A stretch of DNA of 64,000 bases, taken from the NCBI GenBank assembly GCA_951406725.2, contig OX597816.1, positions 1,984,001 through 2,048,000 on the forward strand, in the 5' to 3' direction. This document shows positions 30,017 through 41,843 of the stretch, piece by piece (position 1 is the first letter of the stretch; each line of letters opens with the position of its first letter). Source of the stretch: Octopus vulgaris (lineage: Eukaryota). The notes beneath the pieces were generated by a model, which did not search any database, had not been told where the DNA came from, and saw only the letters and a list, made by a program, of their open reading frames with translations. Made by a program: the position numbers and the translations under genes.

Positions 30017-30364
30017 CTAGCAGTATCGCCCGGCGTTGCTCGGGTTTGTAAGGGAAATAACTATAAAGCATTTTTAGAGAGTTATAGCCAAAAAATGGGA
30101 AAAAAATGATGGTAAATTTTTTTTTAGTTAAAAAGGTGGAGTTGCGTCCCCTAGACAGTCTGTGGTTTGTGTTTCTAATTGTCGAATTTATCGATTTTTT
30201 TCAGAACTGGGGGAACTTTTCAAAATTTTCGCTGCGTTAGTTTTGAATTATGACATTGGGCTATGTGTGTGTCAAGTTTCATCAGAATCGGTTGAAAGCC
30301 GTGGTCAGGGTGAGGGTACAACCTGACACACACACAGACAAACTGCCGTTTATATATAGAGAGA
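30017..30364 (-). mobile_element. Non-autonomous Helitron
   Basis: Reverse complement of the 16540 family: A|TCTCTCTATATATAAACGG...CCCGAGCAACGCCGGGCGATACTGCTAG|T. Confidence 0.88.
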
Positions 30365-31039
30365 TTTCTTTGCAAGAACAATGAAGACATTGGTAATAGT
30401 CCTTCTCGGAACTAAGTAACTATGAAAAAAAACAGAACAAAAAAAAACACTTTCAGTTTAACAGCTGTTATTTTAAAAATTACATTTAGAAAAGGTTTTT
30501 TCTTTTTTTTTTTGCTAAAAATTAGGTTGTGATTATTTTATTGCAGAACTTAGCTGAATATATTTTGAGAAAATTGAACATCAAGTCTCTCTGAGGACTT
30601 ATGCGTGGTTTGCCTTTGTGTGTGTGTATAGACAGAAATTAATTAGCTGCCAGAAGTGTTTTAAGAAGTAACACTGGTCAAGTTATTATTGTCATCATTT
30701 AACATCCATATTCCATGCTGGCATGAATTGGATGTTTTTCCAGGATCCAACAGGTTCAAAGACATCATGGTTTCTATGACTGGATGTTCTTTCTGCTGCC
30801 AACCCCTTTACAGAGTGTACTAGATGCTTTTATCAAACCATTAGCACTAGTGAGGTTGCTATGCAACCCTATCAAGTGAATAAAGAATTGGTGTCTGAGC
30901 TGAAGGGTTTTCTGGTATTCTGCTCTGCTAAACTCTGTGGAAGGCAATGGTTTGTCCACAATGACTGCATTTTTAGGAGCAATCTTCACTGGACACTGAT
31001 GAAGGGATTTCCTGTTTGCATGAATTATAGGTTGTATGA

Positions 31040-31300
31040 TGCAAGGGTCACATGACAATAAGTTTTAAATAGTTGAAGTTTGATAATGTTGGTAGTTGGA
31101 AGGGAATTGGTTTGTCTTTTGAATGGAGGATGCATGAAAGGAATCTGCATGATGTGATGTTGCCTGAGTTGAAAGAGGATTCCAGTGTCTCCAGCACTGG
31201 ATAATACTTGTGCGGAAAGGAACTGCTTGTATTAGCAGAAGGGTTGGTTAGAGGAATTTGGACTCTAGGAGATGCAGCATGATACATCTCTCTATGGCTA
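31040..31300 (-). mobile_element. Possible very old PLE coding fragment
   Basis: YPVLETLESSFNS..KPIPFQLPT loosely resembles the PLE RT thumb/linker (GYP..IP..LTY). Judged by eye only. Confidence 0.3.
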
Positions 31301-31374
31301 TCTTGGGAAATTGATAGTAAAGAAATTTTCTTAAATTTTTAACTTATAAATTGTTTTTAATGGTAGAACTCAAT

Positions 31375-31542
31375 GTAGATAAAGCTGTGAATAATGGTTT
31401 CAACTAGTACTTCTTTAATCATCCTTAAAAATATGAAAGAAAGGGTCAACCTTGGTGGAATCTGAACCCTGAATATGAAGATGGATGAACTGTTACTAAG
31501 CATTTCACCTGTCATGCTAACATTTTTCTGCCTGCTTGCCAC
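31375..31542 (-). mobile_element. Old OK-like SINE
   Basis: The minus strand begins GGTGGCAAGCAGGCAGAAAAATGTTAGCATGACAGGTGAAATGCTTAG. Confidence 0.7.
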
Positions 31543-32347
31543 CTTAGATAAAGCTATAAATAGTTACTTATAGAATACTGGGTTAAACAATGATCCTAAG
31601 ATGGAAAATTGAAAGGCTGTCCATGGGACATGAACCTACATTTTCTGTAAATATGACAGATGTTCTACCATTATACCAAAGTAACATTTTGAGTTTTCTC
31701 CATCCAGTTTTTTTTATTTCTAATTCTTATGATTAATCTTTTTCGTCTTGATGAAAAATTCTGTGTTAAAAGATTTAGAGCTAAGTGAATGAAGCTGATG
31801 CAATCCCTGCCATGAGGTTAGTTGTATCTTTTCCAGTTCAGATCACATCTAATTCGGATGTGTTCAATTGGAATTGGTTTCTACTTGGGAAAACACTAAA
31901 CCCGTTCTCTTTAATCACCTTGAAAATTATTCAAGGCATATTCTCTTAATGGGTTATTAATAATTGATAATTAATTTTTGGATGATCTAAATAACTTCAG
32001 TTTGAAGGCTGAAACCAATGGTAATGATGCTTTTAATAGTTTTCTATTTCTTTATGGAATATTTTGTTTTTTTGTGTGTTTGAAAAATCATTTCCTGGTT
32101 GATTTGCCGTTTCACAAAGAAGAATGCTGCTACATTGTTTCAGTTTCATTACTTAGCTAGTTCTTCTGGTTGTGTGTGTGTGTGTGAGAGAGGACGAGTG
32201 AGCGAGCAAGCTGATAACGAGTGGGTTTAATGAAATGTCCTGTACATCTTTAACATCTTCTAATTGCTTCCATACCAATTAACTAAACTAGTATTATTTG
32301 CATTATTTACATTAGATGGATATTTGTCCTCATCTTGTTTGTTGTTA

Positions 32348-32391
32348 ACACAACTTTTCAACTGATGTACTCTCCAGCCTTCATCAGGTGT
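32348..32391 (-). ncRNA. Minimal type-I hammerhead ribozyme, canonical core boxes, probably decayed
   Basis: ACAC-CTGATGA-A-GGCTG-GAGAGTACAT-CAGTT-GAAA-AGTT-GTGT. Stem I is ACAC/GTGT; stem II is GGCTG/CAGTT with two G.U pairs. Confidence 0.75.
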
Positions 32392-32460
32392 CCTGGAGGG
32401 GAATTTTGAACCCTTCAGCTCATTCCTAAGGTATTTTTCTGATGTTACTATTATTATTCA

Positions 32461-32532
32461 GGTTACTGCCTGAAATCGAACTTGGAATCTCGGGGTTAGT
32501 AGCTTGTACTCTTAACCACTACTCCATGTACC
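32461..32532 (-). pseudogene. tRNA-derived sequence with Pol III A and B boxes; not a functional tRNA
   Basis: 72 nt GGTACATGGAGTAGTGGTTAAGAGTACAAGCTACTAACCCCGAGATTCCAAGTTCGATTTCAGGCAGTAACC. A-box-like TGGAGTAGTGG, B-box-like AGTTCGATTTC, anticodon-like loop CTACTAA. Confidence 0.7.
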
Positions 32533-33360
32533 TGTGGGTAATTATGGAGTGAATTTTAAGGCTTATAAATCTAATATTTTCCTATCCTTCCTTAATACTG
32601 GTTCCCATATGCTACTCATATCTGCACTCAGTTTGCTTAGGAAGTTATGTTGTGCCTCTTTTGAAACTTAGCATATTGTTTGTGTAAGGAATATTTTGCC
32701 CAATCTTATTTGGGTAGATCAACTGAGGGACAGATTTATGAATACACGCATGCATATAGAGGCACTCTTGTGTGTGTGTATATATTTATATATATATACA
32801 CACACACACACACATGTATATAAGTATACACACATGCGCACATACAGGGTGCAGCTCAAAAAACCTCACAAATTCAGCTTTCTTGATAAACATTCCAACA
32901 GCAAGCACATGTTGTGAACCATGACAATTATTGAAAAGACAAAAAGAAAATGGTAAAATATTATTTCCATGAAGACACCAGTAACATCTGCCTAACTGCA
33001 TTAGAGTTGTATCAATGGAGGTGTTTCTGCCATGCACTGTACAAACTTAAATATATATTGATATACATATGCTTGTATGCACATTGATGTGTTGTACCCT
33101 CCATCTCTTTTACTGTTAATACAAAGGGTTTCTCCTCTTCTCAACCACCTAGACACACACACACACTACCCAATTCTTCCCATGCACACTATATTTCACT
33201 GGACACTTTACTCTTAAAACTCAGCCGTCTGCCACTTGCATTCTGCCCAGTGGTCCACAGACAACAATTCAAGTTGAAAACTAACTACATTGACCTCGAT
33301 ACACTTTTGAAGGCCATGGCTGCTGTCATTCATTCTGGAGTTTAAAATATTAAAAAGGAA

Positions 33361-33779
33361 GCGGCAAGGTGGCAAGCTGGCAGAATCGTTAGCACGCCGG
33401 GCGAAATGCGTAGCTGTATTTCGTCTGTCGCTACGTTCTGAGTTCAAATTCCGCCGAGGTCGGCTTTGCCTTTCATCATTTCGGGGTCAATAACTTAAGT
33501 ATCAGTTACGCACTGGGGTCGATGTAATCGACTTATTCCGTTTGTCTGTCCTTGTTTGTCCCCTCTGTGTTTAGCCCCTTGTGGGTAGTAAAGAAATAGG
33601 TATTTCGTCTGTCTTCACATTCTGAGTTCAAATTTCGCCGAGGTCGACTTTGCCTTTCATCATTTCGGGGTCGATAAATTAAGTATCAGTTACGCACTGG
33701 GGTCGATGTAATCGACTTAATCCCTTTGTCTGTCCTTGTTTGTCCCCTCTGTGTTTAGCCCTTGTGGGTAGTAAAGAAA
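33361..33779 (+). mobile_element. Young OK-like SINE with a tandem head-less second unit
   Basis: Head GGCAAGCTGGCAGAATCGTTAGCACGCCGGGCGAAATGC and Meta-like GCCTTTCATCATTTCGGGGTC. The body is repeated from GGTATTTCG at 33599. Confidence 0.9.
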
Positions 33780-33833
33780 CAAAAAAAAAAAATTAAAAAA
33801 GAAGAAATTCATGACGCATTCCATATTTTCTAC

Positions 33834-34215
33834 AGGTGCAGACATGGCTGTGTGGTAAGAAGTTTTCTTCCCGATCACATGGTCTGGGTTCTGTCTCCCT
33901 GTGTGGCACCTACTATGATCTTGGGCCAACCAAAGACTTGTAAATGGATTTGGTAGATAGAAACTGAAAGAAGCCCATCATATATGTGTGTGCTTGTGTT
34001 TGTCCCCCACCATTGCTTGACAACTGGTGCTGGTGTGTTTACGTCCCTGTAACATAGCAGTTTGGCAAAAAGAGACTGATACAATAAGTACCAGACTTTT
34101 TTTTAAAATAAGAAGAGAAAAATAATTAAGTACCAGGGTCAATTTATTTGACTGAGATTCCTCAAGGTGGTGCTCCAGCATGGCCACAGTCTAATGAGTG
34201 AAACAAGTGAAAGAT
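33834..34215 (+). mobile_element. OR-like CORE SINE with CR1-type tail
   Basis: Head AGGTGCAGACATGGCTGTGTGGTAAG. Tail GGTGGTGCTCCAGCATGGCCACAGTC..GAAACAAGT. Confidence 0.85.
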
Positions 34216-34735
34216 ATCAATTGATTGCTAGTTATCAATCATCACCTTTTTTCTAAAGTTACTCTTCTTGTGAACAATTCTCTCTCTAGATAACATTATT
34301 TTTATCTATGAAATGTTTGAAAATGTCACAAAATTCAGCCCATTTACTTAGCACCATTCAATGGGTCATTTCTTAATTTTTTTTTTTTTTTGGTGTGCCA
34401 GAATTGAATTTTTTTTTTTTAGAGGTATAAAAGCTGAGTTGGAAATCTCATGCTGGTTGTTCTTGATATAGTTCCACATTTGAGGTCACATAAGCTACAT
34501 ATTGTGGATTAACTAGGATTTATACCAGGAGTTGTTTGACATTGAAGTTATTTGCATAAATGATTTATTAGCTAAAGATTGTTTGCATAAGCAAAAGTAT
34601 TTAATAGAAAATCATTTTTTCTCCCAAGGTACACCAACCTTTGTTCAAATTAGGGCTATCCTTTCTGTTCCAATCAACCTTATATTTCCAGTGTACATTT
34701 TTCTAAATATACTCCATGCAAAAGTGGTGCAATAT

Positions 34736-34955
34736 TTAACCCTTTCGATACCAAACAACCTGAGACCTGGTTCTATGAAGCCTAATACTTTGTTTTAAAG
34801 TGATGTGAAATTAAGACCTTCCTCCAAAATTCCATCTTAATCTATGTTCTGAATGCCAGCTTAAAAATGGCAAAGCTATTTTACTAAATTTTCAATTAAT
34901 TTCAAAATTAATTGAAACAAAGTCTATTTCAACAGAAATGTGATATCGAAAGATT
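34736..34955. mobile_element. piggyBac-like MITE family A
   Basis: Starts TTAA-CCCTTTCGATACC. Related decayed copies at ~35500-35702, 46190-46440, 51290-51520, 54397-54585, 55080-55272, 61922-62141 and 62827-63250. Confidence 0.65.
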
Positions 34956-36174
34956 TACAAAATAGGTAAAAGGTGAAATTCTTTTTTGATTCAAGTGCAA
35001 AAGTAACTTAAAATTCAAGAATCTAATTTGTATGTGATGCGTTTTTTACACTACATGCTATTATTAATCTTTTATTTTATCTCATTACATGGTGAAACTA
35101 GAAGAAAGATGAAAGAATTATTTAAAAATCTATAAAAAATTATTCTCTTAGTGTAGCAAAAGTACAAATCAAAGCAATCGGAGCATTCCAGCTCTCAGAA
35201 AATCCATAGGAAAGAAATTAAAAAATGACTCGCTGGTGGGTCATGTGGGACTTGCTAACATACCACTGGCAGGACGTGTGGGAGTCAGCATGTTAATCCT
35301 TCATTCTTTAACGAATTAATTGAAACAAGAGCAGTGCATTTCGGTAACGAAAAGGTTAAGTGTCATTTGGAAAATTTTATTTTTTGGTTTGACTTGTTCG
35401 AAAATTTTGTATTCTACATTGAATAAAGGTGTTGTTAGTGTTGCAATAGGGATGATAGAAATTTTGTTAGAAATAAAACTTTGATCTAAGGCAAATATTC
35501 CAAGATGGTTATATATTTTTTGTTATTAGCTGGTGCTTGGTATGTAAATTGAAATCAAGTTTTAATTTAAAGTCACTCTAAAACAGCAAGTTTATATCAT
35601 AGAACTAGGGGCAAACTTAGGGTTAATAATGACAAAGTTATTATTTTAAAAATTAACACAAAGGCAGTCTATTATAAAAGAAATATAGTAATGAAAGTGT
35701 TAACATTTTTTTGAAAGCATTTTGAATGCCAACACATGTGTAATTTATGCATTGCCCGTATTTTGATTCAACTTCCACATATTAGGATTTAACTTTTCTT
35801 ATTATATCATTCCAGGACTGGTGTTGTTTGTCACTGGTTTGTCCTTATCATTTCAAAGGAATTCATTTGTAGTGTGCTTTATATATAACCTCAATAAATA
35901 CATTTACTGTGGTTTAGTAAAGCCAACCTGCCGATACAAAACATACAAGTCCATATTGTTTCACTCTTATGTCTAGCTTTATAAAAACATGTTTTATTAT
36001 ATTTCAAAATCGTTGGTGACAAGAGCAATACAATGTTTTGCTACTTCATAGTAAACCACTCACCATACTAAGAAACAGACTCTGGTAAATGTAACAGTTT
36101 TTGTGTGTTTTTAAATGACTAATATGGCTCTCCCACTATGAAATTGTTAACATAGGAACACACAATCACACACA

Positions 36175-36535
36175 TTCTTTTATTCTTTTATTTGTTTCAC
36201 TCATTTGACTGTGGCCATGCTGGAGCACTGCCTTGAAGGATTTTAGTTGAACAAATCAACCTGAGGACTTATTTTTTTATGCCTAGTACTTATTCTATCA
36301 GCCTCTTTTGCTGAACCGCTAAGTTATGAAGACGTAAATACATCAGCACAGACACACATAGATATACACATACATACATATGATGGGCTTCTTTCAGTTT
36401 CTCCTCTACCAAATCCACTCACAAGGTTTTGGTTGGTCTGAGACTATAGTTAAAGATACTTGCCCAAGGTGCCACGCAGTGGGACTGAACCAGGAACAAT
36501 GGGGTGGGAAGCAAACTTCTTACTACAGAGCCACA
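36175..36535 (-). mobile_element. OR-like CORE SINE with CR1-type tail
   Basis: Collinear with 50371-50774. Confidence 0.88.
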
Positions 36536-36672
36536 TCAAGTTAACATTAGACTGAAGAATTGCTCAATACTTCTTCTGTAAAGTTCATGTCTATTAAACT
36601 TGTACGAGGAGAGGTGTGTGACAGGGTCTTCAAAATTTCATCCTGCTGGCCTTTGTATATATCTTTTCATAA

Positions 36673-36904
36673 AGGCGGTGAGCTGGCAGAAACGTTAGCA
36701 CGCCGGGCGAAATGCGTAGCTGTATTTCGTCTGTCATTACATTCTGAGTTCAAATTCTGCCAAGGTCGACTTTGCCTTTCATCCTTTCAGGGTCGATAAA
36801 TTAAGTACCAGTTACGCACTGGGGTCGATGTAATCGACTTAATCCCTTTGTCTGTCCTTGTTTGTCCCCTCTGTGTTTAGCCCCCGATGGGCAATAAAGA
36901 AATA
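36673..36904 (+). mobile_element. Young full-length OK-like SINE
   Basis: GGCGGTGAGCTGGCAGAAACG...GGGCAATAAAGAAATA. TATATATCTTTTCA-like direct repeats on both flanks are a probable TSD. Confidence 0.9.
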
Positions 36905-36911
36905 TATATAT

Positions 36912-37110
36912 CTTTTCACTTGTTTCAATCATTAGAATTTGGCCATGCTGGGGCACCACCTTGAAGAATGTTAGTTGAATGAATCGACCCCAAGACTTAT
37001 TTTTTTAAAGCCCGATACTTATTATATTGGTTTCTTTTGCTGAACTGCTAAGTTACAGGGATGTAAACACGCCAACACCGGTTGTCAAGGGGTGGGGGAA
37101 ACACAGACAG
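36912..37110 (-). mobile_element. 3' half of an OR-like SINE
   Basis: CTTGTTTCAATCATTAG..GGCCATGCTGGGGCACCACC..GTAAACACGCCAACACCGGTTGTCAAG. Confidence 0.8.
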
Positions 37111-37129
37111 AAAGGTATATATGCACATT

Positions 37130-37520
37130 GCAATCGAGAAGGTGAATCTTGGTGACCTTTTTGTGTGCACAGTTTGTGACAGATTCATGCCTTTCTTTTG
37201 CTGGGCTGAAATCTCATTTGTGGACCCATGGAAAACAAACCTCCACTAACTACGCTGCCTATCTATCTGTGCACACCTTTCAATGCCGTGTATACCATAA
37301 GGTCTGCAGATCTAACGGAGGCCTCAAAAGATATTTTAAGATCCACAAAGATCAGAACTTTACTGCAGCTCTTGCTGGTCCAAATCGGATATGCAATCTA
37401 TGTATCTGTGTCTTTTCAATACATTATCTGGTTTAAAAACACACATGAAACGCCATGATAGATCTAAAGTGTAAGTACAAGAGTTAGTCAGACTCTGCAT
37501 AAGGAGTAGACAACCACCAT
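37130..37520 (+). mobile_element. Decayed 3' end of a zinc-finger RTE
   Basis: SFAGLKSHLWTH, CRSNGGLKRYFKIH and CNLC..LSGLKTHMKRH show the same three-finger pattern as 14670-14980. Confidence 0.7.
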
Positions 37521-37534
37521 GCATGTATGTATAT

Positions 37535-38260
37535 ATCATCATCATCATCATTTAACGTCTGCTTTCCATGCTAGCATGGGTTGGACGATTTGACTGAGGT
37601 CTGGTGAACCAGATGGCTGCACCAGTCTCCAATCTGATCTGGCAGAGTTTCTACAGCTGGATGCCCTTCCTAATGCCAACCACTCCAAGAGTGTAGTGGG
37701 TGCTTTGATGTGCCACCGGCATGAGGGCCAGTCAGGCGGTACTGGCAACAGCTACGCTCAAATGGTGTTTTTTATGTGCCACCTGCGGAGGAGCCAGTCC
37801 AGCGGCACTGGCAACGACCTTGCTCGAATGATTTTTCATGTGCTACTGGCACTTGTGCCAGTAAGGCGACACTGGTAACGATCACACTTGCATGGTGCTT
37901 TTTATGTGCCACCTGCACAGGAGCCAGTCCAGTGGCACTGGCAACGACCTCGCTCGAATGTTTTTTCACATGCCATCAGCACAAGTGTCAGTAAGGTGAC
38001 GCAGGTAAGATCATGCTCGAAAGGTGCTTTTTACGTGCCACCGGCATGGAAGCCAATTTGTTGCTCTGGCAACAATCACGCTCAGATGGTGCTCTTAGCG
38101 CTCCACTAGCACGGATGCCAGTCATCGAATTTGATTTCGATTTCACTTGCCTCAACAGGTCTTTGCAAGCAGAGTTTAGTGTCCAATGAAGGAAAGGTAA
38201 TCATAAGTGGGCTGGTTACACCCCTGGCATAGCCCAAGAGATTATGGTCTCACTTGGCTT
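37535..38260 (-). mobile_element. RTE 3' UTR, a sister subfamily of the 25474 element, with ~55-60 bp tandem units
   Basis: Same (GAT)n tail and GGAAGGGCATCCAGCTGTAGAAAC block. Repeated GGTGCTTTTTATGTGCCACC units. Confidence 0.85.
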
Positions 38261-38461
38261 ATATATATATATATATGTCACAAATTTCCTTCTTGTGGGG
38301 AGGGACTATTTGATAAAATTGACCCCTTTCTCATCCACTACCTGGCTGGTCTGGGAGGATAAGAGGCAAAGTTGACCTTGGCAAGATTTGAACTTAGAAC
38401 AAATACTGCAAGACACTTTGATGCTCTAATCACTTTGCTAATCCACCACACTTTTTAAAAC

Positions 38462-38673
38462 TCACCTTTCAGCATTCAAACCAGCCATATCTGGCCAGAA
38501 TATTTAACCTGAAACTGGCCAGATCCAGCTTCACACGTCAGTCATACAATGTCGTTCTAAAACCAAACAATCACTTCATTAAAATCTCTAAACTATTAAT
38601 GATGCATGATTAATTGAAAACAATATAAATAAACAAATATTACACTTGACTAATCTGAATACTAAAGGGTTAA
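38462..38673. mobile_element. piggyBac-like MITE family B
   Basis: Ends AATACTAAAGGG-TTAA. Related copies at 61580-61678 and 63702-63858 (TTAA-CCCATTAGCATT). Confidence 0.6.
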
Positions 38674-38969
38674 ACAAAAATATAACAAGAATAATATGTG
38701 GACCCTTATTTAAAGTCCTTATCTAGAGCCATGAAGTGATTAAAGTTCAAGAAAGAAAAGTAATTCTCTAAAATAAAAATTATAATTGTTGGGTTAATTG
38801 TTAATTTTATTTGTTAATTTGAAATATTTTCAAGTAATGGTTTTGTGAATTAGACTGGAATGTCTGTCAGTTTGAATTTTTGACTCCAAGAGCATGAAAA
38901 ATGAAATCCCTTTTTTAACATTATATTGGCATTTATATATATATATATATATATACATTACATCATATA

Positions 38970-39329
38970 AGGCATAGGCGTGGCTGTGTGGTTAAGAAGT
39001 TTATTTATTTCTCAACCCAAGGATTTTGAGTTCAGTCCCACAGTGCAGTATCTAGACCAAGTGCCTTATGAGTGGATTTGGTTGACAGAAACTGAAAGAA
39101 GCCCATTGTGTGTGTGTACATGCATGCACACGTCTGTCTCCATACTGTCATATGATAGTTGTAAATGAGTGTTACTATGATATAAGTAGTTGTTTGCTTC
39201 CAATCTTCCATAAAAACATGTCTGGCCATGAGAGAAAATACCTTGTTTAAAAGTAGTTTAAGGTTCGTGAAAGGAAGGGCATCCAGCCATGCAAACATGG
39301 AAAAATGAATGCTAAAACAATGATGGTGA
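38970..39329 (+). mobile_element. Old OR-like CORE SINE with RTE-type tail
   Basis: Head GGCATAGGCGTGGCTGTGTGGTTAAG and tail GGAAGGGCATCCAGCC. Further copies at 42352-42810 (+), 45072-45395 (-), 52460-52670 (-), 55756-56152 (-) and 58216-58593 (+). Confidence 0.8.
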
Positions 39330-40746
39330 TATATAAGTATCTACTTATTCTTTGATATTGATAAATATTCTTTGTAGTTTTAATTGCATATTGATGAACA
39401 CAATAAATCTTAGGAAAACTTCACTGTATTTTTTACCTTAATTCCATGACCATCTTAAGTTAAAATTTAGAGGGAGATATTTTCATCTCACTAAATTTAA
39501 TTCGTTACTAATTTCTATACATTTTAACTAAGTTTTCTAATTTCAGAGGCTCCATTTCTTTTATATATAATTTAATTTAAATAATGAAATAATTTATACA
39601 TGATATAATCAATGGTAATTCTTTTAAATCTGTAAGATTATAATAAGACCTGAAATTGGTTAATAATATAAACTTCAAAGATTGGGTTTTATATATTTTT
39701 AATCTTCCTTAGATAATTAATTTAAATATAGTCATATTACTATTTTAAATTTAAAATTAAAAGCAAAACAACTCCTTCCCCATCGAATCTTTAAGTGCTA
39801 GAATTTTCTGTTTGCATAAACTAAGTGAAAAGGATTCACAGAATTAGTGGAATTATGATAATACAAAAGGATTACAGCTGTTAAATTGTTTGGAAGAAAG
39901 TAGGCCTGAACAAGGTCCAGGAATTCCTAGTGTTGGTAGAGTGACTAAAGCTGGAGAAGAAGAAGAAGAAAGCTATAAGAAATCTAGGATGAAGTTACCA
40001 GCTCTGAACAAAGATTCTGTGATGTATTTCACTGAGAGTAACCACTACAAGAACCAATATAAATGGTGGTTGGTTGTGTTTTTCAGTTATGTTTTATGTC
40101 ATATAAAGAGAGAAGGGAGAGAATAAAAGAGAGGCTTAGAGAGAGAGAGAGAGAGTTAACATAAGAGGTGCAGGATGAGTGCACATACTTGGTGGCAGGC
40201 AATGAGTATCAGTAAGAGAGTATCAAAGGAGAAGAAAAGGAAGTATGTATATGTATAGGAAATAAGTATAGGAATGTGCATTGTCCGTTTAATTGAAAAA
40301 TTCTATATGTGGCTGAAGATTGCTCGACATTTTAAAACTGATGTAATACTTAGTGTTTAATAAAATGAAGTAGCATGAAATGATTGTACTACTCTACCTT
40401 GGATATCCTTGTTGCTTATTTTGATTATATATATTTTGAAAGAGAGTGTGTGTGTAAACTTCCTTAATATGACATCAAGAGAGTAATTTTGTTTCCAATT
40501 TGAAATTTTGTTTTAAGGTATTAAATATTTTTCTTTTGAAAATTAGCATTCATTTCATCATTTTTGCATAAGCCTCTATGGTGACAAAAGTCTACTTCCA
40601 AAATTTTCTGTCATATGATGAGTTACCCTCGAGTTTTAATATAATTCTTAAGTTTTTTTCTTTTAAAAATTTCCAGTTTTTATGTTACCTGATTATCTAC
40701 TACATAACCCTATTTCCCTAAATTGTTTACACTTATGCACACAATG

Positions 40747-41843
40747 TACGAGGTGGTTTCAAACTAATTATGTTTTATAAAAAATAACCTATTTACCTAA
40801 GTTTTAACATCATCTCCTTTGAATTAGTCACCTTGCACAGCACTACACCAGTTCCAGTGTTCCTGCCACTTTTGGAATCTGGCCTGGAAGTTGTTTTCTG
40901 TAAGCAAGTTGAGGACCTTCTGGGAATTGCTCTAGATCTCAACAACAGTGTTAAAACACTGACCTTTCAGCTGCATTTTCATCTTGGTGAAGTAATGGAA
41001 GTCCACTGGGGCTAAATCTGGCTAATAAGGGGTGGGGTGGGTGGGTGCAGAAGCGATATCATGTTTTTGGCAAGAAACTTACAAGTGAGGAGAGTTTGTG
41101 AAGAATCCAATTCTTTGTGCTCCAGAGATCCACTTGCTTTCACCAAATCTTCCCCAAACATTCCAAAACGTTGCAGTAAAACTCTCAATCGATGGTCTGG
41201 CCTTGTGGGGGTGGGGAGGGGATAAATTCTCGATGCACAACACTGTAGATCATCATCATCATCGTTTAACGTCCGTTCTCCATGCTCGCATGGGTTGGAC
41301 GGTTCGACCAGGGATCTGGGAAGCCAGGAGGCTGCACCAGACTCCAGTCTTATCTGGCAATGTTTCTACAGCTGGATGCCCTTCCTAATGCCAACCACTC
41401 TGTGAGTGTAGTGGGTGCTTTTTACGTGCCACCCGCACAGGTGTCGAAAGAAAATGATGATCATGCTCTTGATTGAGCTGCAGCTCTGTTGTACCTTCTT
41501 CAGTTGTGGAGATGAAGGACTCTTCCATTGCTGCTTTGTCTTAGACCCAACTCTTATCACTGGCAATCATCCTTGACATGAAGGATGGGTCATCAGTGGC
41601 AAGCTGAGGGAGATCTTGACGGTGATTTCGACGTGATGTCCATGACAAAATCACAGACTACAGCATACACAAGTGATCACAAAAACACAAATTTCACAAC
41701 TTGTGAAGTAAACCCAGCAATGTCACTCGGTACACTGCCTCATGAAGGTCACTGCCAGCTCTCACTGCACATGCAACCATATGCTGCCATTTGTTGGTGC
41801 ACTACAGAACCAGCCCAGGAACTTTTTGATACTACCTCGTGTA
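40747..41843 (-). mobile_element. Degraded mariner (Tc1/mariner) transposon
   Basis: The minus strand gives PY*PDLAPVDFHYFTKMKMQLKGQCF..FQKWQEHWNWC..G and IASDKSWV (TGDETWV-like). TIR remnants TACGAGGTGGT and ACTACCTCGTGTA. Confidence 0.85.
41249..41443 (-). mobile_element. RTE 3' tail nested in the mariner
   Basis: Near-identical to 25476-25675. Further copies at 46947-47126, 54664-54830 (TGGCATT direct repeat), 61270-61572 (+) and 63860-64000. Confidence 0.88.

Larger units (their letters stand above)
32301..32705 (-). mobile_element. Composite PLE-like 3' end: ORF-end remnant, tRNA-like unit and hammerhead
   Basis: Minus-strand order: ..SADMSSIWEPVLRKDRKILDL* remnant, tRNA-like unit at 32532-32461, hammerhead at 32391-32348. 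Confidence 0.65.

Noticed and set aside
37149-37458. Host C2H2 zinc-finger gene
   Set aside because: No TGEKP linkers, fingers are degenerate, and it matches the RTE C-terminus at 14660-14985.
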